A stretch of 64,000 bases of DNA from Octopus vulgaris (lineage: Eukaryota): NCBI GenBank assembly GCA_951406725.2, contig OX597816.1, forward strand, positions 71,858,001-71,922,000, in the 5' to 3' direction. Positions 1 through 12,075 of the stretch are shown piece by piece. The notes below the pieces were generated by a model. It saw nothing but the letters and a program-made list of their open reading frames with translations. It did not search any database and had not been told where the DNA came from. The position numbers and the translations under genes were made by a program. How positions within the stretch are numbered: the stretch's first letter is position 1; the number at the start of each line of letters is the position of its first letter.

Positions 1-781
1 ACGAGATATAAAATGAAGTTTTCAATTTGAAGTTGTCAATTTACTTTATACATTACAAGTTAATAACTTTCCTGTGCCTGATACGTTCTCATATTTTAAT
101 AATCATTATTAGTTTTATCATGTATAACATAATTACTACTAGATGTAAAATTTAATATCTTAACTGTGTTATCTCACTTCCTAATTCACCGCCCCCTAAA
201 GCCTAATGTCCCCTTTGACATGCTCAGCACCTCTTCAGGAGCAGACCCGCAGACTTACAGAGTTGTTGATGAAGTTGTTCATGAGGGTTTCTTTCCTTTG
301 TGTAAATTCCGATCTAGAAGACCTAATGTTGGACCTATATGACTATGAAAGGTGGTGGAGTGAGGATCAGCTGGTAAATTATTCACAGGTTCAGAGGATC
401 AAGGAAGAGCCTGTGAATACCAGAAGGCCCCTCCCTAAGGGAAAAAAAAAAGATCTCATAGTCCCCTCGGAATTTGAAAAGATTCCTCTCTCACTGACCA
501 CAGACGGGCTAGAATGCAGTCACATTCCACTTTGTAAAATTTCTCTTTGAGGTCTTGATCCAAAGTGCCTTTTCTCTTTAAGATAGTGTTATTTCAGAGA
601 GATTTCACTGTTATTTCTAACAACTTGAGCAAACATGAAGGGTTTCACTCTTAAGGTTCAATTATAACTCTATGTGGAGAATAAATTACTGACAATATGG
701 CATCAGGGACAGCAAGAGGTGAGTTAGGGTAATTCAGCCAATGCGCCAGTCCAAGATACTAAGGGTCAGGAGCTACACATG

Positions 782-1019
782 TTTCTTATTACTTTACTAC
801 TCACAAGGAGCTACACACAGAGGGGACAAACAAGGACAGGTAAACAGATTAAGTCGATTATATTGACTCCAGTGCGTAACTGGTACTTATTTAATCAACC
901 CCGAAAGGATGAAAGGTAAAATCAACCTCAGTGGAATTTGAACTCAGAATGTAGCGGCAGACGAAATATCTCTAAGCATTTCGCCTGGCATGCTAACGTT
1001 TCTGCCAGCTCGCCGCCTT
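782..1019 (-). mobile_element. tRNA-derived SINE, family A
   Basis: Minus strand begins AAGGCGGCGAGCTGGCAGAAACGTTAGC, has a B-box-like GAGTTCAAATTCC and the body GTTGATTTTACCTTTCATCCTTTCGGGG. Homologous copies at 3380, 13126, 48222, 49411 and 58083. Confidence 0.85.
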
Positions 1020-1147
1020 AGACATGTTTCTAACACAGCAGACATCATGTTTCTGCCACACATGTTTCTGCCACAGCAGGCATCATCAGCATGTTGTCCA
1101 TCCAAGGGATTTAAACATATGCAAAAAAGCCAAGGGACTTGTATATA

Positions 1148-1383
1148 CAGTCATGGTTAAAAGTTTGGAACATAGGTGATGTACTAGCTTCTGTTTATTA
1201 AAGGTCAGCAATTTGGTCAAGAATTATATTTTTGATTTTGCCTATTTTTTCTTCAAGATATTAACCCATTGGATCAGTCATTAGGTAAGTATATCTCTAT
1301 GTTGTATATATTTTAATCGAACTGTACTTAGGCATAACAATTTTAATTTCTAAAAAAACATTCCAAACTTTTGGCCACAACTA
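1148..1383. mobile_element. Tc1-like MITE
   Basis: Imperfect TIRs CAGTCATGGTTAAAAGTTTGGAA ... TTCCAAACTTTTGGCCACAACTA, flanked by TA; no coding capacity. Confidence 0.65.
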
Positions 1384-1389
1384 TATGTA

Positions 1390-1766
1390 GGTGCAGGAGT
1401 GGCTGTGTGGTAAGTAGCTTGCTTACCAACTACATGGTTCCAGGTTCAGTCCCACTGCATGGCACCTTGGGTGAGTGTCTTCCACTATAGCCTCGGGCCG
1501 ACCAAAACTTTGTGAGTTGGCTTGGTAGACAGAAACTTAAAGAAGCCCATCATATATGTGTGTGTGTGTGTATTTGTGTGTCTGTTTTTGCCCCCTCCCC
1601 CCACTGTTGCTTGACAATTGATGCTGGTGTGTTTACATCCCTGTAACTTAGTGGTTTGGCAAAAGGGACTGATTGAATAAGTACTAGGCTTACAAAGAAT
1701 AAGTCCTGGGGTTGATTTGTTTGACTAAAAGCGGTGCTCCAGCATGGCTGCAGTCAAATGACTGAA

Positions 1767-1770
<4 letters not shown>
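1390..1770 (+). mobile_element. tRNA-derived SINE, family B (CORE-like body), full length
   Basis: A-box TGGCTGTGTGG, B-box GGTTCAGTCCC, GCACCTTGGGTGAGTG, internal (TG)n and 3' GCAGTCAAATGACTGAAA. Many further copies in the window. Confidence 0.85.
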
Positions 1771-1829
<59 letters not shown>

Positions 1830-2212
1830 CATACATACATACATACATACATACATACATACATACATACACACAAAATGAGTAGAATATATTTATGTCA
1901 CTGGAAACACTGAGTTATTTCTCTTAACTCAATTTTTCAAATTACCTTGCCCACAAATATGTTCTACCCCATTTTGTAGAAGTCTATGTCTTTTGGCTAC
2001 TGGAGATAAGGTAGAAAAATTGTCATGCTGATGACATCTATTGAGGTAGAAACATGTATACTGGAGTTTCCTCTTATCTCTAGGCAATAAGCTTGCCCTT
2101 TACCTTAGAAGCATGTCAACATTGGGGAATAATTAATTCTTGAGATTATTTCCCCTTCCCAAATGGAACTAGTCTTAATTGCCATTTAGTAATTATGACA
2201 CATCATCTAGAG

Positions 2213-2474
2213 TAGTGGTTCCCAACTGGAGCTCATATGACCCTTAGGGGTTTATATAAGATTTTGTTGTTAAAATTCATCTGCAATAAATGGGTTATAC
2301 TTCTACAATACACAAACCATTTTAGCAATATTTTTAATACAATTCCTTATAATATTTAGTTATAAAAATATAATAGGACTTTTAAACCTTGAATGGTTAC
2401 AAGGATCCATCCAAGTAAAATAGAAATCAAAAGGGTCCATAGATAAAAAAAAAAAAAGTAGTTGAGAAACACTA
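2213..2474. mobile_element. hAT-like MITE
   Basis: TIRs TAGTGGTTCCCAAC ... GTTGAGAAACACTA with 8-bp flanks ATCTAGAG/ATTTAGAG (7/8 TSD match). A partial reverse copy lies at about 59425-59550. Confidence 0.7.
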
Positions 2475-2479
2475 ATTTA

Positions 2480-2871
2480 GAGTAAAGATTGTTTGCCAAC
2501 ATAACATGGCAGTCCTGGTTTAGTACTAATGTTGCTGTAATTTAGCCCCAGGAGACATCATCTCCAGCTGGCTATACAACACGATCTGTGTCCTTATATT
2601 TTCAAACAAAGGAACCTAGCAACCCCACTCAGCTCAAAACAATATCTGTGTATCGCAGTTTCTGAGGTATTTCCCTTCATCAGCACAGAAGTTGCGATAC
2701 ACAGATATTATTTTAAGATGAGTGGGAATGCTAGATTCCCCTGTTCGAAAATATAAGGACACAGATCATGACATATAGCCAGCTGGAGACGATGTCTCCT
2801 GGGGGGTAAATTACAGCAAGATTCGTCCTAATTCAGGAATGCCATGTTATGTTGGCAAACAATCTTTACTC
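2480..2871. repeat. Long foldback inverted repeat with a degenerate hammerhead motif at its centre
   Basis: 2480-2662 is an imperfect reverse complement of 2687-2871 (GAGTAAAGATTGTTTGCCAACATAACATGGCA / TGCCATGTTATGTTGGCAAACAATCTTTACTC). Minus strand 2646-2688 reads CUGUG CUGAUGA AGG-GAAAUA-CCU CA GAAAC UGCG AUA CACAG. Confidence 0.8.
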
Positions 2872-3526
2872 CAAAGTACTGTTGCTGAATATCTCACGTT
2901 GAGATTTTAAAAACAGTAATTTTCTAATTTACTGATTTAGAGGTTGAGATAATTGTTATCAACCAAGAATTTGTGTTGTAAGATATTTGACACATTTCTA
3001 TTTGGATATCTTTATATGTAAGATATTCTTGCACAGAAGAAATGTTCTCTGTCTTAGCTTGCAGGTTCACTGGCATGTTGGCATTAGTTATTCTTTCAGC
3101 TGTGTGTTGCACCATAATGAACAGAGACAAACATAAATGTATATTTTATTAAAAGATTCATTGAATAGGAGAACAGTGGAAGATAAACTTATAATAACTC
3201 CTGTAGGAAATCAAATAAAGCATAGTAATGATAATAAGGCTTAAGATGCTGGAAAGAGTTGGTCTACGATTATGAAGAATACCTTTCTTTTCTGTCTGGA
3301 TTCAGCGACAGAAAACTTTGTGTTGCTTGGTAAGAGACAAGGTTTGTGTTCTCTGGTGGTTCTCAAGGGCAGTCAAAGAGATTAAGTCGATTGCATCAAC
3401 CCCAGCACGTAACTGGTATTTATTTAATCGACCCCAAAAGGATGAAAGGCAAAGTTGACCTCAGTGAAATTTGAACTCAGAACATAACGGCAGGCGAAAT
3501 ACTGCTAAGCATTTCACCAGCTTGCC

Positions 3527-3573
<47 letters not shown>

Positions 3574-3889
3574 CCATGTATATGTGTGTGTACATATATA
3601 TATATATACACATATACATATAATAGTGTATTAGTGTATTAGTGTATATATGAGTGAATGTGAGCACGTGTGTGTGTTTGTGCATATGTTTGTGTGTGTG
3701 TGTCTCCTTTCCTCGACAGCTGCAAATAAATATAAAAGTGGTGTAGCTCGTTCTTCCGCAGTCTTCCATGTACAGTTGTGCAAAAAATGGTATAGGGGAG
3801 AATGTAAACTTGTTTGGAAACAGGTGAAGGATTGCGGCAGGAAATGGCACCATGCCAGAGAGGAAATTTACATGAGTGGATGCTGAAGT

Positions 3890-3891
3890 GA

Positions 3892-3925
<34 letters not shown>

Positions 3926-4212
3926 GATGTTAATGATGGCAGTGAAGATGATGATGATGATGATAACATTGACAACGACAACAGTGTTGATGATTATTGA
4001 TAATGATAATGGTGATGGTGTTGATGGTGACAGTGACAAAAGTTGACAATGACGATGACAACAAGGACAGCAATGATGACAATAATGACGATGATGACGA
4101 CAATAATGATGGTTGTGGTGGTGGCGGTGGTGACAGCGACAATGGTGGTGGTAGCGACAACGATGATGGTGATGATAGTGATGATGATAATGATGACAAT
4201 GATGATGATGAC
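3890..4212. repeat. (GAT/GGT/GAC)n low-complexity tract
   Basis: Degenerate trinucleotide repeats; these explain the poly-His/Asp/Ser ORF calls. Confidence 0.9.
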
Positions 4213-4863
4213 ACAAATGTGGTTCCAATGAATCTAAAGCTCCAGAGTATTTTGCAATGGCCAATGCCGGTACCAAGCAATATTTCACCGTTTATACAGT
4301 GAAAAAGAAGGAGAGGGAAGGAAAAAAGAACCTCCCTCACATTATCTTGACCACCAACTAACACTCCTTTTCTCACCTCTGTCAACCTTTCTTCATTTTT
4401 TTCTTCTCTCTCCCTCTTCTTTTCTCTCTTTTTATTATCATTACTCTTTTATCCTTTTTCTTTTTCTCTCTTTCTTCCTCTCATTTTCCCTTCCTCTTTT
4501 CATTGTGTCCTAGCTCCTCATTCTAATCATACACATCTCCACACACCCATCTATCCACAAATACTGCCAATACATTCTCAAATTTTCATTCACACCACAA
4601 AACCCCTTCGAATGGGCAACACAGAATCCATGGCCCCATACTTTGAAATGACTAAACACGAACTACTATTAGACCTTACATACCATATACAGGAAACTTT
4701 TTTACCCCTTCTAAACACCACTTTACTTGAATAAGGAAACTGCAACGACAATATTTTATGTTATTTCTACTCTCATTCTCTTATTTCCCTCTATTTTCCC
4801 TTTCTCCGCCTTTTCCATAATTATTTCCTTATTTCAAAATCAAACATTTACCTGTCTCACATC

Positions 4864-4911
4864 GTTTCTGATGAAGGGATATTCATAATATCCCAGAAAC
4901 AGCTGTAAAAT
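4864..4911 (+). ncRNA. Type I hammerhead-ribozyme-like motif
   Basis: GUUU CUGAUGA A GGGAUAUU-CAU-AAUAUCCC A GAA AC-AGCU-GU A AAAU: intact core boxes, 8-bp stem II, palindromic helix III (ACAGCUGU), GUA site; A.A at the base of stem II and a weak helix I. Confidence 0.6.
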
Positions 4912-4993
4912 TATATTTCTTTCATTATAAATGTCCTGAAAATTCCTCACAGCCTTGGCTTTGTTATCTGTTCTTGTCTAATATATATATATT

Positions 4994-5330
4994 GAGATCC
5001 CCTTCGGTCATGACTGACCGTGGGATTGCACCTAGAAAGTTACCCTCCGAGGCACAAGTCCGGGCAAGGTTGATTATGGAAGACCAGCAGTCGCCCATGC
5101 ATACCGGCCTCCCCTCTCCATGCCACCAGTGTTATCCAAGGGAAAGGCAAAGGGGCCGATACAGCTTGGCACCTGTGATATCGCAACTCTTTTCTACAGC
5201 TGAGTGAACTGGAGTAACGTGAAATAAAGTGTCTTGCTCATGAACACAACACGCAGCCTGGTCCGGGATTCAAACTCACAACCACACGATTGTAAGCTTA
5301 ACGCTCTAACCACTGAGCCATGCGCCTTCA
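4994..5330 (-). mobile_element. tRNA-derived SINE, family C
   Basis: Minus strand GAAGGCGCATGGCTCAGTGGTTAGAGCG (A box) ... GAGTTTGAATCCCGG (B box), then TGAGCAAGACACTTTATTTCACG. Partial copies at about 12345-12450 and 26160-26308. Confidence 0.8.
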
Positions 5331-5335
5331 CATAT

Positions 5336-5372
<37 letters not shown>

Positions 5373-5436
5373 TATATATATATGGTTTGTTATATTTTTT
5401 GATAACCTAATAGGTTAGTTGGGTTAAATAGGACGA

Positions 5437-5834
5437 TTTGAAGGGATCATGGTCAATCATGGCCTGGATTTCACCAACAAATTCAGGAGTTCTTTTCTTA
5501 TCACAATGATCAGAGTGAGGTTTCTGAGCTGCCATATCTTCATAATCACCATTAGACTCATCCAACTCTTTCTGAATCCTCTGCACTGTCTACATATTGA
5601 CAACCAAACACTCTGAAATCTTTGTACTGGAGCTTCTGGGGCAAATGCCAAGCAGTACAACATGTCACTTCCAAAATTCTGGCTAAGTGAATTGCGTCAT
5701 GGCACTATTTTTCTCACAGACGGTGGTGCCCGACTGACCCTACTATACTATGTAGCTGACAAAATCAAAAACAAACAATGTGCATGTTTGAAATTAGAAA
5801 TCTAAAATAGTGACAATTTACCCATTACACCGTG
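5437..5834 (-). mobile_element. Tc1/mariner-superfamily transposon 5' fragment (HTH region, pseudogenised)
   Basis: Minus frame reads PEFWK*HVVLLGICPRSSSTKISECLVVNM*TVQRIQKELDESNGDYEDMAAQKPHSDHCDKKRTPEFVGEIQAMIDHDPFK; the element end is TA|CACGGTGTAATGGG. Confidence 0.7.
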
Positions 5835-6002
5835 TATATTGCTTCACTGGATATACACAAACAGTTTTGTAAGAGATACATAGAGTGTCTCATTAGCTTC
5901 AGAGAGATTGTCTGATTTGGCATCTTTTATCGTTTATTCTTCACTTGATTCTGTCATTAGACTACGTTATATATAATTTCGTTATATATATTGAGACACG
6001 TG

Positions 6003-6155
<153 letters not shown>

Positions 6156-6174
6156 TATATATATATATATATGT

Positions 6175-6485
6175 GGAGGTGCAATGGCCCAGTAGTTAGG
6201 GCAGCAGACTCACGGTCGTAGGATTGCGGTTTCGATTTCCAGACCGGGCATTGTTAGTGTTTATTGAGTGAAAACACCTAAAGCTCTACAAGGCTCCAGC
6301 AGGGGGTGGTGGCGATCCCTGCTGTACTTTTTCACCACAACTTTATCTGACTCTTTCTTCTGTTGGCCTGCTCGCTTAGCCAGTGGGGTGTCGTCATTTG
6401 AAGGCTAAAACAATGTGAAGTGCATTGTGACCAGCGATGTGTAGCAACATCTGATAGCCTCATCGTTCACGGTAATCATGGTGAT

Positions 6486-6486
<1 letters not shown>
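6175..6486 (+). mobile_element. tRNA-derived SINE, family D
   Basis: GGAGGTGCAATGGCCCAGTAGTTAGGGCAGC...GGTTTCGATTTCC head. Copies at 25823-26095 (+) and 33728-33892 (-). Confidence 0.8.
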
Positions 6487-6547
<61 letters not shown>

Positions 6548-6779
6548 ATATACTGGCATATATACAATGGTCTTCTTTCAGTTCCTGTCTACTATATCCA
6601 CTCACAAGGATTTGGTTGGCCCAAGGCATTTGCCCAAAGTGCTATGCAGTGGAACTGAACCCAAAACCATGTGGTTGAGAAGCAAACTTCTTACCTCACA
6701 CCCATGCCTGCACCTGTTCATTTAACATTTTTGATACCATCTGCCTGAAACTGATCCTGCCTTAAGTAATTTTAAGCCG

Positions 6780-7247
6780 AATGAATTGACCCCATATTTA
6801 TTTTTTTTTTAAAGTCTGGTACTTATTCTATCAGGCTCTTTTTGCCAAACTGCTAAGTTCTGAAACATACGAGGATGTAAACACACCAACACCAGTTGTC
6901 AAGTGGTGCTGGAGACAATCACAGACATGTACACATACATATGCATACACGCACGCACATGCACACACACAAAACACACACACACATGTGCATACACATG
7001 CATGCATACATGTGTATGCACAAATGCATGCACATGCATGCATGCACATGCATGCACACACGTGCACACACACACACACACATACAATGGGTTTCTTTTG
7101 GTTTCCGTCCACCAAATCCACACACAGGGCTTTGGTCTGCCCAAGACTATTGTTAAAAAACACTTGCCCAGGGAGCCATGCAGTGGGACTGAACCTGGAA
7201 CACTGTGATTGAGAAACAAACATCTTACCATGCAACCACACCTGCAT
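6780..7247 (-). mobile_element. SINE family B copy (expanded internal CA tract)
   Basis: Reverse complement of the 1390 element; a 5' fragment also lies at 6567-6712. Confidence 0.75.
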
Positions 7248-7271
7248 CTAAACATTCTGTTAATGTCTTAT

Positions 7272-7443
7272 CAGATACACAGTTTGTGTAAAAGATATTT
7301 ATTGTCTCATTAAGTACATAGACAATTTGTGTAAAAGCTACAGCTATTATCTCACTAAATACATCACTTGTGTGAAAGCTACAGATATTATTTTGCTAAA
7401 TACATAGACAGTTTGTGTAAGAGATATAGATATTGTCTAATTA
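7272..7443. repeat. Degenerate minisatellite, about 42 bp x4
   Basis: Repeating ACAGTTTGTGTAAAAGCTACAGATATT...TAAATACATAG. Confidence 0.6.
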
Positions 7444-7928
7444 GGCAGACACCTAGACCAATTAAGCAATGCATAGTTCTCTTATTAGTGCTAAACTATA
7501 CCACCATATTGTACCAATTTGCTGTAAAGTGCACTGTGTCATGCTAGTACAAAATGTATTATGCTATGGACAGGGTACATTAGTAATATAAGAAGCAGAT
7601 TCATCCCTTTCCTTAAAATAAGTTGATTAGGGAAGAAGTGTTCGTAACTATGACAACTGCTGCATATCTCAGGCTGATGAAATTGATGTTGTTGATACTC
7701 AATCAGAATATATTGATCTGTTGGGGAAACATAGACAACAAGGGACCCCTGGCATCTGAGTAAACCCCACAGAGGGCACCCAGTGATCAGGTGGTGGTGT
7801 TAAAAGGTTGGCATCATATTGGAGCATTGACAGTTTAATATGATGTTTTCCTTGAAGAGCAGCAGAAATTGAAAGAAGCCCGTGATGATGATGATGATGA
7901 TGATGATAAAAATACATATATATATATA

Positions 7929-8026
<98 letters not shown>

Positions 8027-8235
8027 TATATATATATATATATATTTTGAGACACGTGTCTCAATATATATAACGAAATTATATATAACGATAATAACAA
8101 AACTTTTTGGGAAATTTCTATCAGCTTGCTTTCAGGATGTGTGCTTATAGTGATAAATTATATGGTTATTGACAATTAAGTCTATTTTCGGCATATTTGG
8201 TATTGAAATTTTTTCTTTTGCCTTTGTTTATAAGT

Positions 8236-8323
<88 letters not shown>

Positions 8324-8360
8324 TGTATACATGCATACATATATACATACATACATACAT

Positions 8361-8760
8361 AATTTCAGCAAAACAATTTAGATTCAAAAGAATATGGTAC
8401 TTAACTTAGATGCACCAGAATTTTTTATGGTATTACCGATAAAATTACGTGAGGTGATTATAACCAAGAAGAAAGCAACAAGAATGGATCAGTAGTTTAG
8501 TACAATTGTTTCATACTATAAACATTTTATTTAAAGCTGCAAATATTACAGCAAATATAATGTCAAGTATTCTTCAGCTAAATTTCATATAGGTTTTCCA
8601 AACATCTTGGAGAGTGTAAATATCCTTACGAAGTTATACGAGTGAGTTCCATGAATTTGAAGTAATATTCCAAGCAGACTGTATAAGTTTTCCAATAATA
8701 CAAAGTTTTAAAATTAATTATTGATATCCCAGAGAAGATAAATATACTCATAAAGATGTG
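8361..8760 (-). mobile_element. Hammerhead-bearing repeat (probable Penelope-like 3' end/pLTR)
   Basis: 8361-8580 is homologous to 43746-44068 and contains the hammerhead at 8496-8582. The right boundary is uncertain. Confidence 0.6.
8496..8582 (-). ncRNA. Type I hammerhead ribozyme with canonical core and long loop II
   Basis: Minus strand UUUAG CUGAAGA AUACU [48 nt] AGUAU GAA AC-AAUU-GU A CUAAA: 5-bp helix I, 5-bp stem II, palindromic helix III, GUA cleavage triplet. Confidence 0.75.
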
Positions 8761-9503
8761 GGTATAAGTTCCAATCTAACTGTTGCAGACCAAATTCTAT
8801 AGTAGCATGAAAGACAGCGGGGTAGGTTTAGCAAGAGCAAAGGACAGCAGGAGAAAAAAATATAATGGGGATGTAAGAAGGAATAAAGATACTACCAAGA
8901 AAGGTCAGTCTATATCAGTGGTGACAGAATATCTAGGTCAGTGTAGAAGGAATCTTAAATTCTTAAAAGAACAGTAAGTTTGACCACTTCCAGTTCTCAA
9001 CTGAAAAACTCACAGAATTAATAGTGGGAATAAGAATACAGGAAGATCAAAGGAAAGCACTAAAGGGGTCATGGGTTATGGGTAGAGAGAGATACAGTAA
9101 GAAAATTAAGATTAACACTAGAATAGAAGGTTATTTATTTATTGTTGTTTATATTTTAACTTTTGTTTTTATATAGTAAGAAGGAATTTAGGTCAACATC
9201 TAGAGGTCAATTAAAATCAATAGCAGATGGTAGGGGAATCGTACCTATTTAAAATTTATAGTGAAAATCAAATATATCACTGTATTACATGTTAAATTTA
9301 GAATAGAATTAGGAAAAATTAGCTATTTTTAGATTAAAGTAAGGTTAATTAAATTGACTATAAAGTCAATTAACATAGTACAATTACTATTTAATTTTTA
9401 TATTAAAAAGGTGCAGTTAGAAAAAACAACAATAGGAGAACTTGCAAATTTCTATTTGAAATATTTTAAAGTTTTGATTTTTGAGTGAATGCAGGACAGA
9501 CCC

Positions 9504-9863
9504 AAGGAATACATTTCAACAGAAATCTGGTCACAAAAGGGTTAAAATATAATTAGCTACTCTTTTATAAGTTCCAGCCAGTGGCCTGTTGACTATGGCC
9601 ATGTTAGGCTGCAAAAATACTGAACGAAAGATTTAAGAATTAAAAAACACAAATTCAATTCTTTAAATAAAATTCTGAAATTAAAGGAATACATTTCAAC
9701 AGAAATTTGGTCACAAAAGGGTTAAAATATAATTAGCTACTCTTTTATAAGTTCCAGCCAGTGGCCTGTTGACTATTGCCATGTTAGGCTGCAAAAATAC
9801 TGAACGAAAGATTTAAGAATTAAAAAACACAAATTCAATTCTTTAAATAAAATTCTGAAATTA
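9504..9863. repeat. Near-perfect 180-bp tandem duplication
   Basis: 9504-9683 equals 9684-9863 except for two substitutions seen by eye. Confidence 0.95.
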
Positions 9864-11444
9864 ACTTTTTAACTCTTTTTTTAATAAATTTTTATACCAA
9901 AAAAAAACAGCTTCTGGTATTAAAAGTGTTTAATTGAATTTCAAGTAATTATCTTTGGCAAGTTTCATGTTAGATTATTAATGTACTAAAGAACATCCTA
10001 GAATATTCTTTTAACAATGCCTTTGTAATATTCTAAACATTTCCATTGATATTTCTTTCTTTCTTTTTTTTATTTTGTAATTGTATTTCTGAAATATGAA
10101 AGAATGCAAATCAAGTTGCAAATTGAATTCAACTTTAATTTAAATCTACAGTGAATAAATATTATTATATTGAAAAGATGTGAAGAGACAACTTCAGTTG
10201 TACAGAAGACTAAAGATATTCTAAGTGATTCCCATCAAGGTAGTGAAGCAGGGAAGCAGAGAGCGCGTGTCTGTGAGGGACGGGGAAGGAGGTGAAAGTG
10301 GTTAAGTTAAAGCTGAATCTAAAATATCCTCATCATCATCATCATCATTGTTGTCATCTTCGTTGTTTAGCATCCACTTTTCTATGCTTGCATGGGTCAG
10401 ATTTCCTGTAGCTGGATGCCCTTCCTGTTGGAGAATCCTCACCTGTTTCCAAGAAAGGTATCATTTCCTCATGACCATACATTATTTCCAAGGAAGACTG
10501 CAAATGAAAGGTACCGCTTTCATATTGGTAACATTCGTTTACTGTAATCACAAGAAGTCAAGCCAAGAAGACAGTGACAAACACACACACACACAAACAC
10601 AGACGCACACTCACATGCAGATACACACACATGCACATACATATGCACACACAAACACACACACACACACACGCATACATATATAGGGTTGCCCAAAAGT
10701 CACCTGACAGCAAATCAAAACCATTTAATTCCAAGATTTTTTTTTATGTTTAACAAGTGAATGAATTTAATAAAAGCATCTAAATATGCAACATCATGAA
10801 AATAGTTCAAACTGAAGTCCTTCTTGAGTGACACGTTTTTCCATTTGAGTCAATATATACAGAATTACAGATAATATTTGTGTAATTTTGGTTTACTCAT
10901 GGGCGGCTTTGGGCCAATCCTGTACATATACACATGTTAGTGTAGCAATTCATATTGGCACTACTTTGCGATGGTAGCTTAATTTAGTCATTTTGCTTAA
11001 ACTAACCAATCACTGCTGGCCGCAGAAGGATACACGCAGCCCGGGCAGTGAAGCGCAAGTTTTAAAAAGAAAAGCCAGTAGTCAAGTAGATTGGACATGG
11101 TAAGCAGGTTAGATGAGCTTCGGCCTGGCAGGACTTTGATCAGAAATTAGCACTCATCAATGGAAAGACTTCTACCTTAATGCTCCGACTTTTTTTTTTC
11201 CAATTCATGGGAATATATTAAGGAATGAACATTTGTTTACTGCTCCTGATTGGGAAGGCTGATATCTACGATACACAGATTGAAAAAATTATTGATGAAT
11301 TAACACTTGATTCCTTCCTGATTATCGGAAAGGCTTACCTGCAAAGCTCCGGTAATATCTTGATTGCACCAGAATAAATTCTCAGGTTTGTTAACCAAAG
11401 CAGAACACTGTCTCCTCGTATTTTATTGTGCTTTTTATGCAAAC

Positions 11445-11620
11445 ATCATCATCATCATCGTTTAACGTCCGTTTTCCGCGCTAGCACGGGTTGGACGGTT
11501 TGACCGGGGTCTGGGAAGCCAGGGGCTGCTCCAGGCTCCAGTCTGATCTGGCAGAGTTTCTACGGCTGGATGCCCTTCCTAACGCCAACCACTCCGCGAG
11601 TGGAGTGGGTGCTTTTTTAC
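11445..11620 (-). mobile_element. RTE LINE 3' end (short 5'-truncated copy)
   Basis: Reverse complement of 31750-31925, including the (GAT)n tail. Similar 3'-end pieces at about 14945-15341(-), 24035-24275(-), 32185-32342(-), 46697-47118(+), 58560-58960(-), 59146-59405(+), 63221-63406(-) and 63481-63619(+). Confidence 0.85.
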
Positions 11621-11880
11621 TAGCCTTCTGACATGCACTCATTCAAATAGGTACCCTGCATTAACCAACATCTCCTTTGCCACTCTACCATAGAAAACGG
11701 ATATTAACTGATTATGATGAAGACATATACATACATTTATATCTATGTAAGCATGTTGTTCTCTTTCCCTTTTTAATTCAGAGTAAATTCTGACTGGTCA
11801 CCTACTTGGTAGCAAGGTTGTGAAAAAAAAAAGTGTCATGTTTTAACCATCATGCTTTATGCATGACATGTACATACATA

Positions 11881-12075
11881 CGTGGAACTTTGCGTGGGAC
11901 CTTGCGTGGAACCTTACGTGGCACCTTGCATGGAACCTTGCATGGAATCTAGTATGCCACCTTGCATGGCACCTTGCGTGGAACCTTACGCGGAACCTTG
12001 CATGGTACCTTGCATGGCACCTTGCATGGAATCTGGTATGGCACCTTGTGTGACACCTAGTGTGGTACCTTGTGC
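11881..12075 (+). repeat. 12-bp minisatellite (TGCRTGGMACCT)n, about 16 units
   Basis: Tandem GGAACCTTGCAT/GGCACCTTGCGT units running directly into SINE family B sequence. Confidence 0.9.

Noticed and set aside
206-550. 114-aa plus-strand ORF
   Set aside because: No recognisable domain or splice context; compatible with a chance ORF or a decayed repeat.
2924-3130. 68-aa minus-strand ORF
   Set aside because: No true ATG at the called start, no motif and no convincing splice sites.
3530-4385. His-rich, Asp-rich and Ser-rich ORFs
   Set aside because: Translations of (GAT/GGT)n repeats that are open in several frames on both strands.
7670-7700. CTGATGA as another hammerhead
   Set aside because: No stem II and no downstream GAAA/NUH arrangement.
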